The position numbers and the translations under genes are program-made. A stretch of 64,000 nt of DNA from Bacillota bacterium (GTDB lineage Bacteria; Bacillota; Clostridia; Eubacteriales; Eubacteriaceae): assembly GCA_018903255.1 (NCBI GenBank), contig JAHIQT010000054.1:15257-79256 (forward strand), read 5' to 3'. How positions within the stretch are numbered: the stretch's first letter is position 1; each line of letters opens with the position of its first letter. A model generated the notes under the pieces. That model did no database searches, was not told the DNA's origin, and saw nothing but the letters and a program-made list of their open reading frames with translations. Shown piece after piece: positions 29,697-39,670 of this stretch.

Positions 29697-30992
29697 TTAA
29701 TTTTTTGTTGTGTCTTGATCATCAACTTGAATCATTTCGGTCGATTCTTCAATTTTTAGCGCTGTCACTTCCATATCAATGGTTTCGTTTAAGACTAAAA
29801 CGTCATCATTGTCGGCATTGCGTTCCTCTTTAAGTTTACTGTTAGTGAACAAAACATTGTAACAAATAAAGCCCACACCAACAACATACAAGAGCAGGTA
29901 CACAAAAAAATTGATAAAGGGGATATAGCCCAAAATGATTGCCGCGGCAGCGACGATTAAGATCGATACAAAAGAGCTCAGCAGCGGTTTCATTTTGTCA
30001 TCAAAAAAGCGCATCAGCAGTTTGGATAAGACCACAGCGGCTACCGGCATTGCCAGAATCGACAAGGCGATGATTCCAAAGGTCATGGCCAGTCCAAAGG
30101 GAGCATAAATAATAAAGGATACAATTATCAAAAGTGGTGACAAGAAGAAAAATCCGGCTCCGATTCCTAATGAAGCTAGGATGTGTTTTTTTGCCATAAT
30201 CGGGGTATTGGCATTAAAGTCCTTGGTCAAGAAGCTAATCAGTACCCAAATCACCAGGATAAAGGCCAGCTTGGTAATGATTGATAAAAGAATCGAGCCA
30301 ACTGAGGGTCCGCGATCTTCGTTCACAGCCTGTTCTTTTGACACCTTTTCCCAATTAACTTGAGGCGCAGTGGCGCCAGCGGCGACGATCGCTTCATTGG
30401 CACTGCGGTTATTGATTGGTCCGGTGATGCTTGCCCCATCGTTGATGGTCAGCTGATCGACATCGGTTTCGACAAAACCATTGATGGTGCCATTAATCGC
30501 GACATTGCCAGCGCCGACCCGGAGGTTTCGCCCGACCGTGCCATCAATATTTGCATTGGCAGCCGCCAGGTAGACATCACGGTTGAGGTTGGCTGATTTA
30601 CCAATGATCAGATCCGAACAGCCGGCAAAGACGTCCCGGGTTACCTCACCATTGATAATGACCTGGTTGGCACCGGTATAAAGATTTCCATTGATTTTAC
30701 CGTTAATGGTTACCAAATTAGCAGCGGCAAAAACATCACCGTTATATTCACCATCCAGAGTGATGGTATTGCCGGCAAAAAAGGTGGTCGTATCAAATAC
30801 CGAATTGGCCGTGATATTAGACCCCGAAAAGGCAAATTCGGTATTGGGCACCGTAGATCCTTCGATGCTCATATTTCCGGACGAATCCTGGTAGCTGCTA
30901 ACACCGCTATTGGTTGCCCCGAAAACCGAGCTAACCGTGATAAGCAATACCATCACCATCATTAAAACCGACACACTAAATTTTTTAAACAT
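29697..30992 (-). CDS. Bactofilin-like (polymer-forming) repeat protein with C-terminal multi-TM domain
   Basis: Signal peptide, ~15-aa repeats (ITLDGEYNGDVFAAA/VTINGKINGNLYTGA/VIINGEVTRDVFAG), several C-terminal TM helices. Confidence 0.7.
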   Translation of the reverse strand: MFKKFSVSVLMMVMVLLITVSSVFGATNSGVSSYQDSSGNMSIEGSTVPNTEFAFSGSNITANSVFDTTTFFAGNTITLDGEYNGDVFAAANLVTINGKINGNLYTGANQVIINGEVTRDVFAGCSDLIIGKSANLNRDVYLAAANANIDGTVGRNLRVGAGNVAINGTINGFVETDVDQLTINDGASITGPINNRSANEAIVAAGATAPQVNWEKVSKEQAVNEDRGPSVGSILLSIITKLAFILVIWVLISFLTKDFNANTPIMAKKHILASLGIGAGFFFLSPLLIIVSFIIYAPFGLAMTFGIIALSILAMPVAAVVLSKLLMRFFDDKMKPLLSSFVSILIVAAAAIILGYIPFINFFVYLLLYVVGVGFICYNVLFTNSKLKEERNADNDDVLVLNETIDMEVTALKIEESTEMIQVDDQDTTKN

Positions 30993-31027
30993 TTTTCTTT
31001 CTCCTTCAAATTTTTTATTTATTAAGC

Positions 31028-31420
31028 CTAACAGAAACGCTTCTCATTTTTTAAATGATTAATCATCACGCCTGTTCCGACACAAATAACGACAGAAATT
31101 AAAAACGACATGGTGTTTAAACTATTTTGCAGTTGCTGCGAATAACGAATGACAATGCCGGTCAGAAACCTTAGATAGGCGGAATCCCCGGTTTGTGCAA
31201 ATACCATAAAGCGCATCATCAATACTGAAAAGGCGATCGAGAAAATATAAAACAGGGCAAATAAATCGGCGTTTTTGGCTTTTTCGATACTGGCCTGGTT
31301 AATTCTTTTCATGATCTCCAGTTTTCTACTGGTAAAAGGAATGGCGTTGCCATAATTTTTTACGGTGCTTTCGTTAAAGCCCAGGCAGGACATCATTTTA
31401 TCGAGTTCACTCATTGTCAT
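31028..31420 (-). CDS. Small membrane protein, probable anti-sigma factor
   Basis: Overlaps the ECF sigma stop; soluble N-terminus plus two hydrophobic helices. Confidence 0.55.
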   Translation of the reverse strand: MTMSELDKMMSCLGFNESTVKNYGNAIPFTSRKLEIMKRINQASIEKAKNADLFALFYIFSIAFSVLMMRFMVFAQTGDSAYLRFLTGIVIRYSQQLQNSLNTMSFLISVVICVGTGVMINHLKNEKRFC

Positions 31421-31977
31421 CTCTCTCCTTCATACAGGTTTCTCAGTTTTTTGCAGGCCCGGTTCAGCCGGGAAGACAGGGTTCCCATTGGAATATTTAG
31501 AAACTCGCAAATCTTTTTATAGTCCCAGTCATAATAATAGCGAAGGATCACCGCTCCCTTGAGTTCGTGGGGTAATTGATCCAGCGATTTTTGTAGCTCG
31601 CCAAAATCGAGCACATCGATGTTATCATAACTCAGAGCTTGATCGGCAAATAGACTATCGCCATTTTCCTGATCATCCAGATAAACCATCGTCTTATTCT
31701 TTCGCAAAAGGTCAAGGCTGGCATTATGAACAATTTTTAGAAACCAGTTCTTAAAACTGCTGTCCAGTCGATATTGTTTGATTTTGGCAAAAGCTCTTAA
31801 AAAACTTTCTGCTACCACATCCTGTGCATCACATTCGTTTTTAAGAAGAGAATAAGCATAAATATAGGCATATCGCTCATATCGTTCGACGATCGGTTCA
31901 AAATAACCGGAATTACCAGTGGCGATATACTTCTTAATTAACGCGTCATCGGCTTCCCCTTCTTTATGATCTTTCAA
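31417..31977 (-). CDS. ECF RNA polymerase sigma factor
   Basis: DAQDVVAESFLRAF, FKNWFLKI, GTLSSRLNRA; GGAGGTG RBS favours the TTG start at 31977. Confidence 0.88.
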   Translation of the reverse strand: MKDHKEGEADDALIKKYIATGNSGYFEPIVERYERYAYIYAYSLLKNECDAQDVVAESFLRAFAKIKQYRLDSSFKNWFLKIVHNASLDLLRKNKTMVYLDDQENGDSLFADQALSYDNIDVLDFGELQKSLDQLPHELKGAVILRYYYDWDYKKICEFLNIPMGTLSSRLNRACKKLRNLYEGER

Positions 31978-32087
31978 AAATTTCCACCTCCGTTTTTTCT
32001 GCACATCTATATAACGGATCAACCCCTGGTTTTCTTCCCCAAAAATTAAATTATTTTGAAAAATAATTTACTTCTTTAAAAACTCGC

Positions 32088-32118
32088 AAAAAAGCACTGA
32101 TTCACACCAGTGCTTTTT
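32088..32118 (-). terminator. Terminator after the lipoprotein pair
   Basis: aaaaaagcactg...cagtgctttttt. Confidence 0.75.
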
Positions 32119-32127
32119 TAAATCCAG

Positions 32128-32721
32128 CTATTTCCAGAACTTGGCGCTTTCGACGGTTCCCTGATGACCTAAGAATGTCACATAGAAGCCCGTTTGATCA
32201 TCATTAAACCAAATCATCAAAACGATCGGATTATTGACATCAACGGGATTGACCATTTCAATAATCTCTATTCCAGCCGATCCGAGTAGTGATTCAACCT
32301 GATCATAGGGCATCCCTGCGGTGATGCTTGCCAATTGATCTTCTTCCACACTGGCATCACTGAGTGCCATGATCTGACTTTCATCATCGTGATATAGTAT
32401 TTTGGATACCACTATATCGCTGGCATCATAACCAATCTGCACCCCAAAACCGGTTTGATCATCGGTGTAGATAAAGGTTCCTTCCTTTTCTTCGGGTTTA
32501 ACCGCTAACGCCGACTCAACCTGACTCTTTTCCATTCCCAAATTGACCTGATTGTAAAAATAATCGGGACTTTTTGCCCCTTCACCTTTTGTCCCAGTGC
32601 CGACGCAACCGGAAAGTGAAACCATTAGACTAAAGCCGATAATTGTAAACATTAAAGCTGCCGATCTGCTGCTTTTTCTCATCTTTTTCATCTCTCTTTC
32701 ATTACTGCTGTAAACCATCAA
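32128..32721 (-). CDS. Lipoprotein with two BLIP/DUF3862-like repeats
   Basis: Lipobox LSGC; YNQVNLGMEKSQVESAL and ITAGMPYDQVESLLG repeats. Confidence 0.65.
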   Translation of the reverse strand: MMVYSSNEREMKKMRKSSRSAALMFTIIGFSLMVSLSGCVGTGTKGEGAKSPDYFYNQVNLGMEKSQVESALAVKPEEKEGTFIYTDDQTGFGVQIGYDASDIVVSKILYHDDESQIMALSDASVEEDQLASITAGMPYDQVESLLGSAGIEIIEMVNPVDVNNPIVLMIWFNDDQTGFYVTFLGHQGTVESAKFWK

Positions 32722-32730
32722 TTCGCTGTT

Positions 32731-33327
32731 CTATAACAAACTGTCTCTGAATTCAGCAGCCAGCACGGTATCGGTGTCGGCATCAAAGGTCACCACCAGG
32801 ATCGAACCATTGATATTGATCCAGGCCAGGGCATAGGCTTCTTTGTCGGATCCGTCAGGAATAACCATTCTTAGCATCTCCACACCCACCCCATTCAAGG
32901 CTTTTCTGACATTACTACGGGTCATCCCCGGGGTAATTTTCTCGGCATCTTCTCGCGTGACACTGGCTTTGCTCAACTCAATTAGCTCTCGAGCCCCGGT
33001 GGTCGGAACCAACAGCTTCAGCGTGACCAAATTTTTAGCATTAAAAAACACATTCACCGCATAGCCGGTATCCTGATCGACATAAACATAGGAACCTTCT
33101 GGTGAGGTATTCCCTGTCGCTCCTAATGTCTTTTCCATATCTGCCTTGTTGTCATTGATTTCGATCTGCTTATAGAGTTTATAAACGACATTGTCATAGA
33201 CCTTCTGCTGTTCTGAATCACTGTCCGCTGACTCGCTCCGGCCTGCTGTACAGCCTGTTGTTACGAGCGTCATCGCAATAATTAAACCCCAAACCAACAT
33301 TAACCGCATCTTCCCTCTTTTATCCAT
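32731..33327 (-). CDS. Lipoprotein, paralog of 32128-32721
   Basis: Lipobox TTGC; YVDQDTGYAV vs YTDDQTGFGV; ITPGMTRSNV. Confidence 0.65.
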   Translation of the reverse strand: MDKRGKMRLMLVWGLIIAMTLVTTGCTAGRSESADSDSEQQKVYDNVVYKLYKQIEINDNKADMEKTLGATGNTSPEGSYVYVDQDTGYAVNVFFNAKNLVTLKLLVPTTGARELIELSKASVTREDAEKITPGMTRSNVRKALNGVGVEMLRMVIPDGSDKEAYALAWININGSILVVTFDADTDTVLAAEFRDSLL

Positions 33328-33416
33328 TGATGTTTTCCTTTCCTTTTAGAACAGAATTAATTAAAAACTATCAAGCTGCTTTCTCATTCATAATAACATC
33401 TTCTACTAATGGATTT

Positions 33417-33441
33417 TTACCCGTAATTCTCAATTTAAAAC
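33417..33441 (-). promoter_or_regulatory. SigB-like promoter of the lipoprotein pair
   Basis: GTTTTA-N13-GGGTAA. Confidence 0.6.
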
Positions 33442-33476
33442 ACAATAACTATTTGCTTTAAACCATTTACTCTGAA

Positions 33477-36400
33477 CTATTTATTCTTAAGCTCCTCAAA
33501 ATACTGACTGATAATGGCATAGCTGTCTTTAGGTCGCTCTTTAAAGTTGGGGACATCCCAGTTTTCCCAGACAAAGGCCTGCTGATTGGAAAGACCAATG
33601 CCAGCAATGGTCTGGTTGCTGTCCTGTTTCACCAGAAGCCCACTGACCAGGATGCCTTCGGTGATTACCGTCTGGAGCTCGTTGGTGGTAGGGCTCGGGA
33701 TAATCCGGGGATCATCGACGACCCGCATATTCGAGGGGTCGGTGACGTTAATTCGGGTCCAGGGAATCCGGATCGATAGGCTTTTGTCCGAAATATAAAC
33801 CTGATGATGAGAATTGTTTTCCAGGGTTCCAAAGGTTAACTGGCTTAAATCCTCAACCACTGCGTCAATTTTAGCACCATCTTTGGTGACCGTATCCTTG
33901 TTGATCAGCATCGACATGGTTTCAAAGATACCGTCTGCTGAGTAAGCGGAGGCATGTTTGCCGCTACTGCTGTTGTAGTTGGGCTGCACCAGCAGCAGTC
34001 CCTGATCGCCGCCATTGATTTCAATCAGATACTCCAGACCGGATCCGGCCGCGGTTGCGATTCCGGTTCCAAATTTCATATTACCACGGCCGCGGTCGTA
34101 GGTATCCAGACCGATGATCAGTTTTTCGCTCGAGAAATCAATACTCCGATCCAGCTCCAGGTCGATATACAAATAGGCTTCATCAGCCACTAGCGACATT
34201 TTTGAGATCACCCCATCATCCTCAATCACGTAGGGCAATGATCGCGGGCCATCTGTCTCCATCGCATAGATACCATAGTTTTGTTCCGGATCAACGGCAT
34301 TATGCCACAGCGGGTTGCGATCATAGGGAATAATATAGGGCTCAGTTATCCAGGTCTTCTTGGCCCACTCGTCTGCCCATTCGAAAATGATAGCGCCGGC
34401 ATAACCTTCTTTTTCGATTGCTTTCATCATTCTTATGATGCCCACACCCTGGGTCGCTTCGGTCATCCCGCCATGGTGGTAGCCGTCAGGGTTTTCATGG
34501 GCGTTCCCCATCCCGGTGGCCAGACCAAATTCTGCCACAATCGCCGGATATTTTTGATGGCCAGCAATGAACTCCTGCAGGTAGCCGCCATAGCGGAAGA
34601 TCCCCTCTTCATCGGCGTAAGCGGCGTATTTTGTTTCATTGTTCATAAAGTCGGGATAGTTGGGATAAATATGATAGGCTCCGAAGAACCCCGACTGGAG
34701 TTTGTCTTTCATTGAAATGTGGTTGATATCGACCGAAACCTTATCATTGTACTGTTTACTTTTATCGCCGCTTTCATTCCATTCCGAATCGTGTTCGGTT
34801 GGATCCAGGGTTGGCCAGCTGACAATCCCCACCGGATGCTGCCAGGAATAGGTGTCTTCCTGATATTGCATCACATAATCGCAGCTCATCGCCAACCAGG
34901 CCTCGGTCGGGCTGGCATTCGCTTCGCTATAGAGGTAATTGCCGTTAAAGACAAAACCGGGATTTTTTTCATTGGTACTGATGACCTCTTCTGGTTCCAT
35001 TTCCCGACCCACCAGATAGCCGATAATGTATCGTGAAACATCAGCGGTATAATAGCCGTAAGCTCGTCCCTGTCGCTGCCCGATATTGGCCTGGCCATGC
35101 ATTGCATCGACATTCATTTTTATTTCAGCCTGATAGGTGGCATTGTACTCGCTGCCCAGATAATTATTGTCAGCTGGATGTTCTTCCGGCCAAATTTCCT
35201 GATAAAGCCACAGTTTAGCCTCGGGATGCTGTTCATTGTAATAAACCAGGGCTGAATAAAACTGCGGTGGCAGCAGCGTATAAACCCGGATGGTATTGGC
35301 ATGCATCGCCCCGATCTGTTCAAACCATTTCAGATACAAGGCCTCATCATAGGAGAATTCGGTAAACCATTTCCCCGGTACGGTCGAGCCGATATTGACC
35401 CCTTTGCTATAAAAATCCTCCCAGTTACCATCCACTAAAACCTGGAAACCAGTTCCGGATGTGCGAGCCTCCATTTGTGTGCCCGCAGTCAGCTGCTCGG
35501 TCTTAGAAATTTCTGGTTTTGTTCTTATTCCTGCAATAATTTGTTGCATCAGCGGCACATAACATCCCCAATAAAATTTAGTCTCAGCATTGGGATTGGC
35601 GACCGAAAACAATTGCTTAATCCTGGCAAACCCGGCATAATTCCAGAGCGTTCCCGGAAAATCGAGCTGAGCAAAGTCGCCAGCAAAATAATAGGCTGTA
35701 TATTGCGAGTTGATTGACCGGGTGATCGCGGCATAGTCGGTCGCCAGACCAAACTCGGCCAGCGCCGCTTTTCCTGCTTCGGTAACATTTAAATTAAGCG
35801 TTGCCAAGGTTTCGGAAGAAGCATTGGGTTTGATCAGATCAAACCACTGCTCATAGCGAAAGCGTCCGCCTACACCAAATTCATTTTGGCCACGCTTATC
35901 AAAAGTTAGACTGACCCCGTCCTTGTTCAGTGCTTCGCGATCTTTTAACACCAGCACCTGATCCTGATTGGATACCAGCACCAGACCTCCGCCGTTATAA
36001 TCCCAGCTTTTGCCAGTCTGTTTTTGATAATTATTGACAATGATCTCAGGAATTTCAACATCTTTAGTTAGATCCATGAAATACTTCCCGCTCCAACCAG
36101 TGAAGGAAACCCGGAATATATCCTGCAGTCCCTGTTGACTGTTGGCATCCCAGATATTAAACTCACCGATGATCGTATTCCCCCCACCGAGATTGTTTTT
36201 TATACTGGCCAGCTCCGCTTCGCTGAGATCTCCGACTAGCGGTTGCTGAGCTACCCCAGCGTAGATGGCATCACTAGCGACACCGTTAAAATCACTGGGG
36301 TAAACCCCGTCGGTATCAGCCAGATAAATCAGCGCTGGCATTTCTTTGGCCTGAGGGATTTCGCGAACCTGATACTCTTCATCCGACTTGGGAAAAACTC

Positions 36401-36644
36401 CAAAATAATCACGATCATAACGTAGCGATTTGCCGGTACTTTCAAGCACCAGCTTCTCGCTGTTTAAGACCCACATCAACCCCTTGTGTTCTTTGTAAGT
36501 GCTGTCTGGAACGGTTTTATTGACAATCCAGATATTTAAGGGGGTTGCTGTCTGATTGTTCCAGATTAAAAAAGGCATCACAAAAACACCAAATAATACC
36601 ACCGCAATTGCTAGGCTCCATAAAACTACCGCTTTTGTTTTCAT
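33477..36644 (-). CDS. Large membrane-anchored protein with a glycoside-hydrolase-like (clan GH-A-like) C-terminal region
   Basis: N-terminal TM; KGVNIG, ANTIRVYT, GREMEP, AYHIYPNYPDF, VAEFG, FEWADEW. Confidence 0.65.
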   Translation of the reverse strand: MKTKAVVLWSLAIAVVLFGVFVMPFLIWNNQTATPLNIWIVNKTVPDSTYKEHKGLMWVLNSEKLVLESTGKSLRYDRDYFGVFPKSDEEYQVREIPQAKEMPALIYLADTDGVYPSDFNGVASDAIYAGVAQQPLVGDLSEAELASIKNNLGGGNTIIGEFNIWDANSQQGLQDIFRVSFTGWSGKYFMDLTKDVEIPEIIVNNYQKQTGKSWDYNGGGLVLVSNQDQVLVLKDREALNKDGVSLTFDKRGQNEFGVGGRFRYEQWFDLIKPNASSETLATLNLNVTEAGKAALAEFGLATDYAAITRSINSQYTAYYFAGDFAQLDFPGTLWNYAGFARIKQLFSVANPNAETKFYWGCYVPLMQQIIAGIRTKPEISKTEQLTAGTQMEARTSGTGFQVLVDGNWEDFYSKGVNIGSTVPGKWFTEFSYDEALYLKWFEQIGAMHANTIRVYTLLPPQFYSALVYYNEQHPEAKLWLYQEIWPEEHPADNNYLGSEYNATYQAEIKMNVDAMHGQANIGQRQGRAYGYYTADVSRYIIGYLVGREMEPEEVISTNEKNPGFVFNGNYLYSEANASPTEAWLAMSCDYVMQYQEDTYSWQHPVGIVSWPTLDPTEHDSEWNESGDKSKQYNDKVSVDINHISMKDKLQSGFFGAYHIYPNYPDFMNNETKYAAYADEEGIFRYGGYLQEFIAGHQKYPAIVAEFGLATGMGNAHENPDGYHHGGMTEATQGVGIIRMMKAIEKEGYAGAIIFEWADEWAKKTWITEPYIIPYDRNPLWHNAVDPEQNYGIYAMETDGPRSLPYVIEDDGVISKMSLVADEAYLYIDLELDRSIDFSSEKLIIGLDTYDRGRGNMKFGTGIATAAGSGLEYLIEINGGDQGLLLVQPNYNSSSGKHASAYSADGIFETMSMLINKDTVTKDGAKIDAVVEDLSQLTFGTLENNSHHQVYISDKSLSIRIPWTRINVTDPSNMRVVDDPRIIPSPTTNELQTVITEGILVSGLLVKQDSNQTIAGIGLSNQQAFVWENWDVPNFKERPKDSYAIISQYFEELKNK

Positions 36645-39600
36645 CGGGTCACCTCTTCTGCTTTTCCGGTAAAGCCTTTGCGGTCAGCCTTCTGCCAGCC
36701 GACCGGTTTTCTGAACATGTTAAGATAGCCGCCGAAACGCCAGAGACTGAAATACTGACGCACCCCAAAGTTCTCAATAATAGCGTAAAAAACCAGCACC
36801 CATAATTCTTTGCGGGAAAAATTCTGGCCATTCTTTTCGGAAATCAGTAGCGAGGACACCGAAACCAGGATCCCCATCAGAACCATCGCAATAAATAGGA
36901 TCATCGCAATTTCTATATTAAAAATGCCCAGAAAAATCGATAAAATGACCATCAGATATCCCTGAATCTCAAAAAGCGGACCCAGCATTTCAAAAATATA
37001 AAAATATGGGATGGCAACCGTACCAATCCGCCCATAATTGGGGTTAAACATCATTTTCCGGTGAAAGGTCAAAATCTCAATCAAACCGCGATGCCAGCGG
37101 TAACGTTGTTTTTTGAGCGTTTTTAAATCTTCGGGAACTTCGGTCCAACAATTGGCATTATAGGCGTAGAGAATTCGAAACGGTCGTTTAGCTTCTTTCA
37201 TCTGACGGCTGATCCGAACTACTAGTTCCATATCTTCGCCGACGGTATCGGTTTTGTATTTACCGCTGCTGGTCAGATAGCCACCGACATTGATGAGCCG
37301 TTCTTTGCGGAACAGTCCAAAGGCGCCAGAAATAATCAGCAGACAGTTAAAATAAGACCAACCCAACCGCCCGGACATAAAGGAACGAATGTATTCAATG
37401 GTCTGGAAGCGAGCCAGCTTGCTTTCGGCCAGTCCTTTTTTGGCGATCTGACCGCGATCGATGGTACAGCCATTTATCGGTAGAACATTTCCACCCAGAG
37501 CAGGGGTTTCGGTTTCTTCATCGAGGGTTAAAGAGGCCAACTTGATCAGCGCTTCATCTTCTAGCAGCGAATCGGCGTCAATACCGCAGACATATTCTTT
37601 CTTAGAGATATTGATCCCGACGTTCAGCGAATCAGCTTTACCACCGTTAATTTTATCAACTACAATCAGCTGTGGGCGGGAGCGATTTAAGTAGACCCCA
37701 CGCACTGTTTTAGTGCTGAGACGGCTGTCATAAAGATAATCGACCCGCTTTAAATCATAATAGCGAATCAGCGTGTTCAGAGTCTGATCTTTGGAACCAT
37801 CGTTGACGATAATTAGTTCATATTCGGGATATTTGAGATTTAGGAGCGAATTCGCACTTTCGATAATAGTTTTTTCTTCATTGTAGGCCGGAGCAATAAT
37901 CGAAATAGAGGGTAACATCCTTTTTTTAAACAGCAGCGACATATCCTTGATATTCCACAACCGCTCCTGCCGCACGACACTGATGTAGGAGAACAACAAT
38001 AGCACCAGGTAGATTAAATTTACCGCCATCGCGTAATAGGCAATATAAAAATTAAAATCAATCACAAAAAGCTCCAGCTGGTCATAAAAGGGCATTACAA
38101 AAAGAACTTCCCAATGGCGAATTAAGTAGGCAATCGGAACAATTAGAGCACTTACGACTAACAGAATCAGCAGCCGCCGAGTCAATTGTTGATCCCGTTT
38201 AGGCGCTTCACTGGTTATTTGCTCAACGACTTGAATAAAACCGCATTTTTTGATCAGTCGGTCATTTAAATACCGGGCGTAATCCTTTGGCAGCTCTTCG
38301 GACTGTAATATCACCGCTTTGATAATCGCAATTAGTTCATTTTCAATATTAATATCTTTATTTTTGTTGAGAAAGTCAATGATTTCACTACTTCTTCCCA
38401 AGAGAATAATCTCGCTGATGATTTTTTTGGCATCGTCATTGTTTTTCCGGCTAAGCTTCATAATAAAGTACTCGATCCGCAGCGCCAGAATCGTAGCTAA
38501 ATCTTTCTTAACCCGTAAACCGGTTTCCCTGAGAAAGGCACTGACGACTTGATTAAAATAGATATTGTTTTTTTCAATCATTGTCGCAATCCCATTGATA
38601 GCACCTCTAGCGGTATCTTCCTGCCTGAGAAAACCCAGCAGCTTGTCCATTTTTTCAGCTGATTTGAAATTAGCCAGGGCGCGCATCGCCGCATTACGAA
38701 TCTCCATATCATCACTATCAAGATATCGATCCTGATCGAGAACCTTAGGGTAATATTCTGCGACAATATTAGCGGCTTTAATGACCAACTGGTGATGCGC
38801 TTCTCCGCTGTTGACACTGACCGGCAACAGTTCATAGTGACGACAGTAAAAATCAGCTGCGACATCCCCTTCGTATCGACAATGCAACTGTATTCCTTCC
38901 AACATCGGACTGCTGTGGACGCAATTAGCACACTGCCGGGCATCGGCTTTGCCAAACAGCCTATCCAGGTGTTCAATTGTCTCTTTGCGCGTCTCGATAA
39001 GTTGAATCAGGTAATTTTTTAAGGTTTCAGAAAAATAAACCGCTGAAAAATCAACAATCAATTCCTGAAATTCAATTCGCCGACTGGTGATAATTTCGGG
39101 CAGAAAACGGTGGAAATCTTCACCAAAATCAGAAATCAGCATGTTAACCTTGTTACGGTAAAAGCGACTTTCGCTTAGCAGCGAATTAATTAGAATGGGT
39201 AGTGATTCTTGCTTGCCGATATCTGTCAACCCATTGGCAATGTACAGCTTTAAGGTACTATTTGATTCTTTTTTTAAGGATTCTTCCAAAGCCAGACGGG
39301 CTTTTTCAGTCCCTAGAACGCCTAAGTACAAGGCCGCTTCAGCCTTTTTTGTGATGTTATGTGATTTTAAAGCTTTCAGCGCTTTTTTTTCAAAGCTGTT
39401 TATATCAACCGAACTGGCAATGTTTTCTTTAAGCTGCTGATCATATCGTACCGATTGGCTAACCTGGCAGTAGTTGGCAATCTCCATCGGCTGATGAGTG
39501 GCTGCTAAGCTTCCTGATGCTGCATTTAGCAATTCATCTTTTTGATGTTCGGCAAAAATTAAACTCTTATCGGTTTCCCCTCTCCCCCTAATCAAACGTA

Positions 39601-39670
39601 AAACAATCACCAGATCGGCGATTAGCAGCAGCATTCCGATGATAATCCAGATTTCAAAGGTTTCAATCAT
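36641..39670 (-). CDS. HEAT-repeat protein fused to a processive family-2 glycosyltransferase
   Basis: Helical HEAT-like N-half; APAYNEE, VNDGS, GGKADSLN, IDADS, GEDMEL, QRYRW (QxxRW); flanking TM helices. Confidence 0.88.
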   Translation of the reverse strand: MIETFEIWIIIGMLLLIADLVIVLRLIRGRGETDKSLIFAEHQKDELLNAASGSLAATHQPMEIANYCQVSQSVRYDQQLKENIASSVDINSFEKKALKALKSHNITKKAEAALYLGVLGTEKARLALEESLKKESNSTLKLYIANGLTDIGKQESLPILINSLLSESRFYRNKVNMLISDFGEDFHRFLPEIITSRRIEFQELIVDFSAVYFSETLKNYLIQLIETRKETIEHLDRLFGKADARQCANCVHSSPMLEGIQLHCRYEGDVAADFYCRHYELLPVSVNSGEAHHQLVIKAANIVAEYYPKVLDQDRYLDSDDMEIRNAAMRALANFKSAEKMDKLLGFLRQEDTARGAINGIATMIEKNNIYFNQVVSAFLRETGLRVKKDLATILALRIEYFIMKLSRKNNDDAKKIISEIILLGRSSEIIDFLNKNKDINIENELIAIIKAVILQSEELPKDYARYLNDRLIKKCGFIQVVEQITSEAPKRDQQLTRRLLILLVVSALIVPIAYLIRHWEVLFVMPFYDQLELFVIDFNFYIAYYAMAVNLIYLVLLLFSYISVVRQERLWNIKDMSLLFKKRMLPSISIIAPAYNEEKTIIESANSLLNLKYPEYELIIVNDGSKDQTLNTLIRYYDLKRVDYLYDSRLSTKTVRGVYLNRSRPQLIVVDKINGGKADSLNVGINISKKEYVCGIDADSLLEDEALIKLASLTLDEETETPALGGNVLPINGCTIDRGQIAKKGLAESKLARFQTIEYIRSFMSGRLGWSYFNCLLIISGAFGLFRKERLINVGGYLTSSGKYKTDTVGEDMELVVRISRQMKEAKRPFRILYAYNANCWTEVPEDLKTLKKQRYRWHRGLIEILTFHRKMMFNPNYGRIGTVAIPYFYIFEMLGPLFEIQGYLMVILSIFLGIFNIEIAMILFIAMVLMGILVSVSSLLISEKNGQNFSRKELWVLVFYAIIENFGVRQYFSLWRFGGYLNMFRKPVGWQKADRKGFTGKAEEVTR

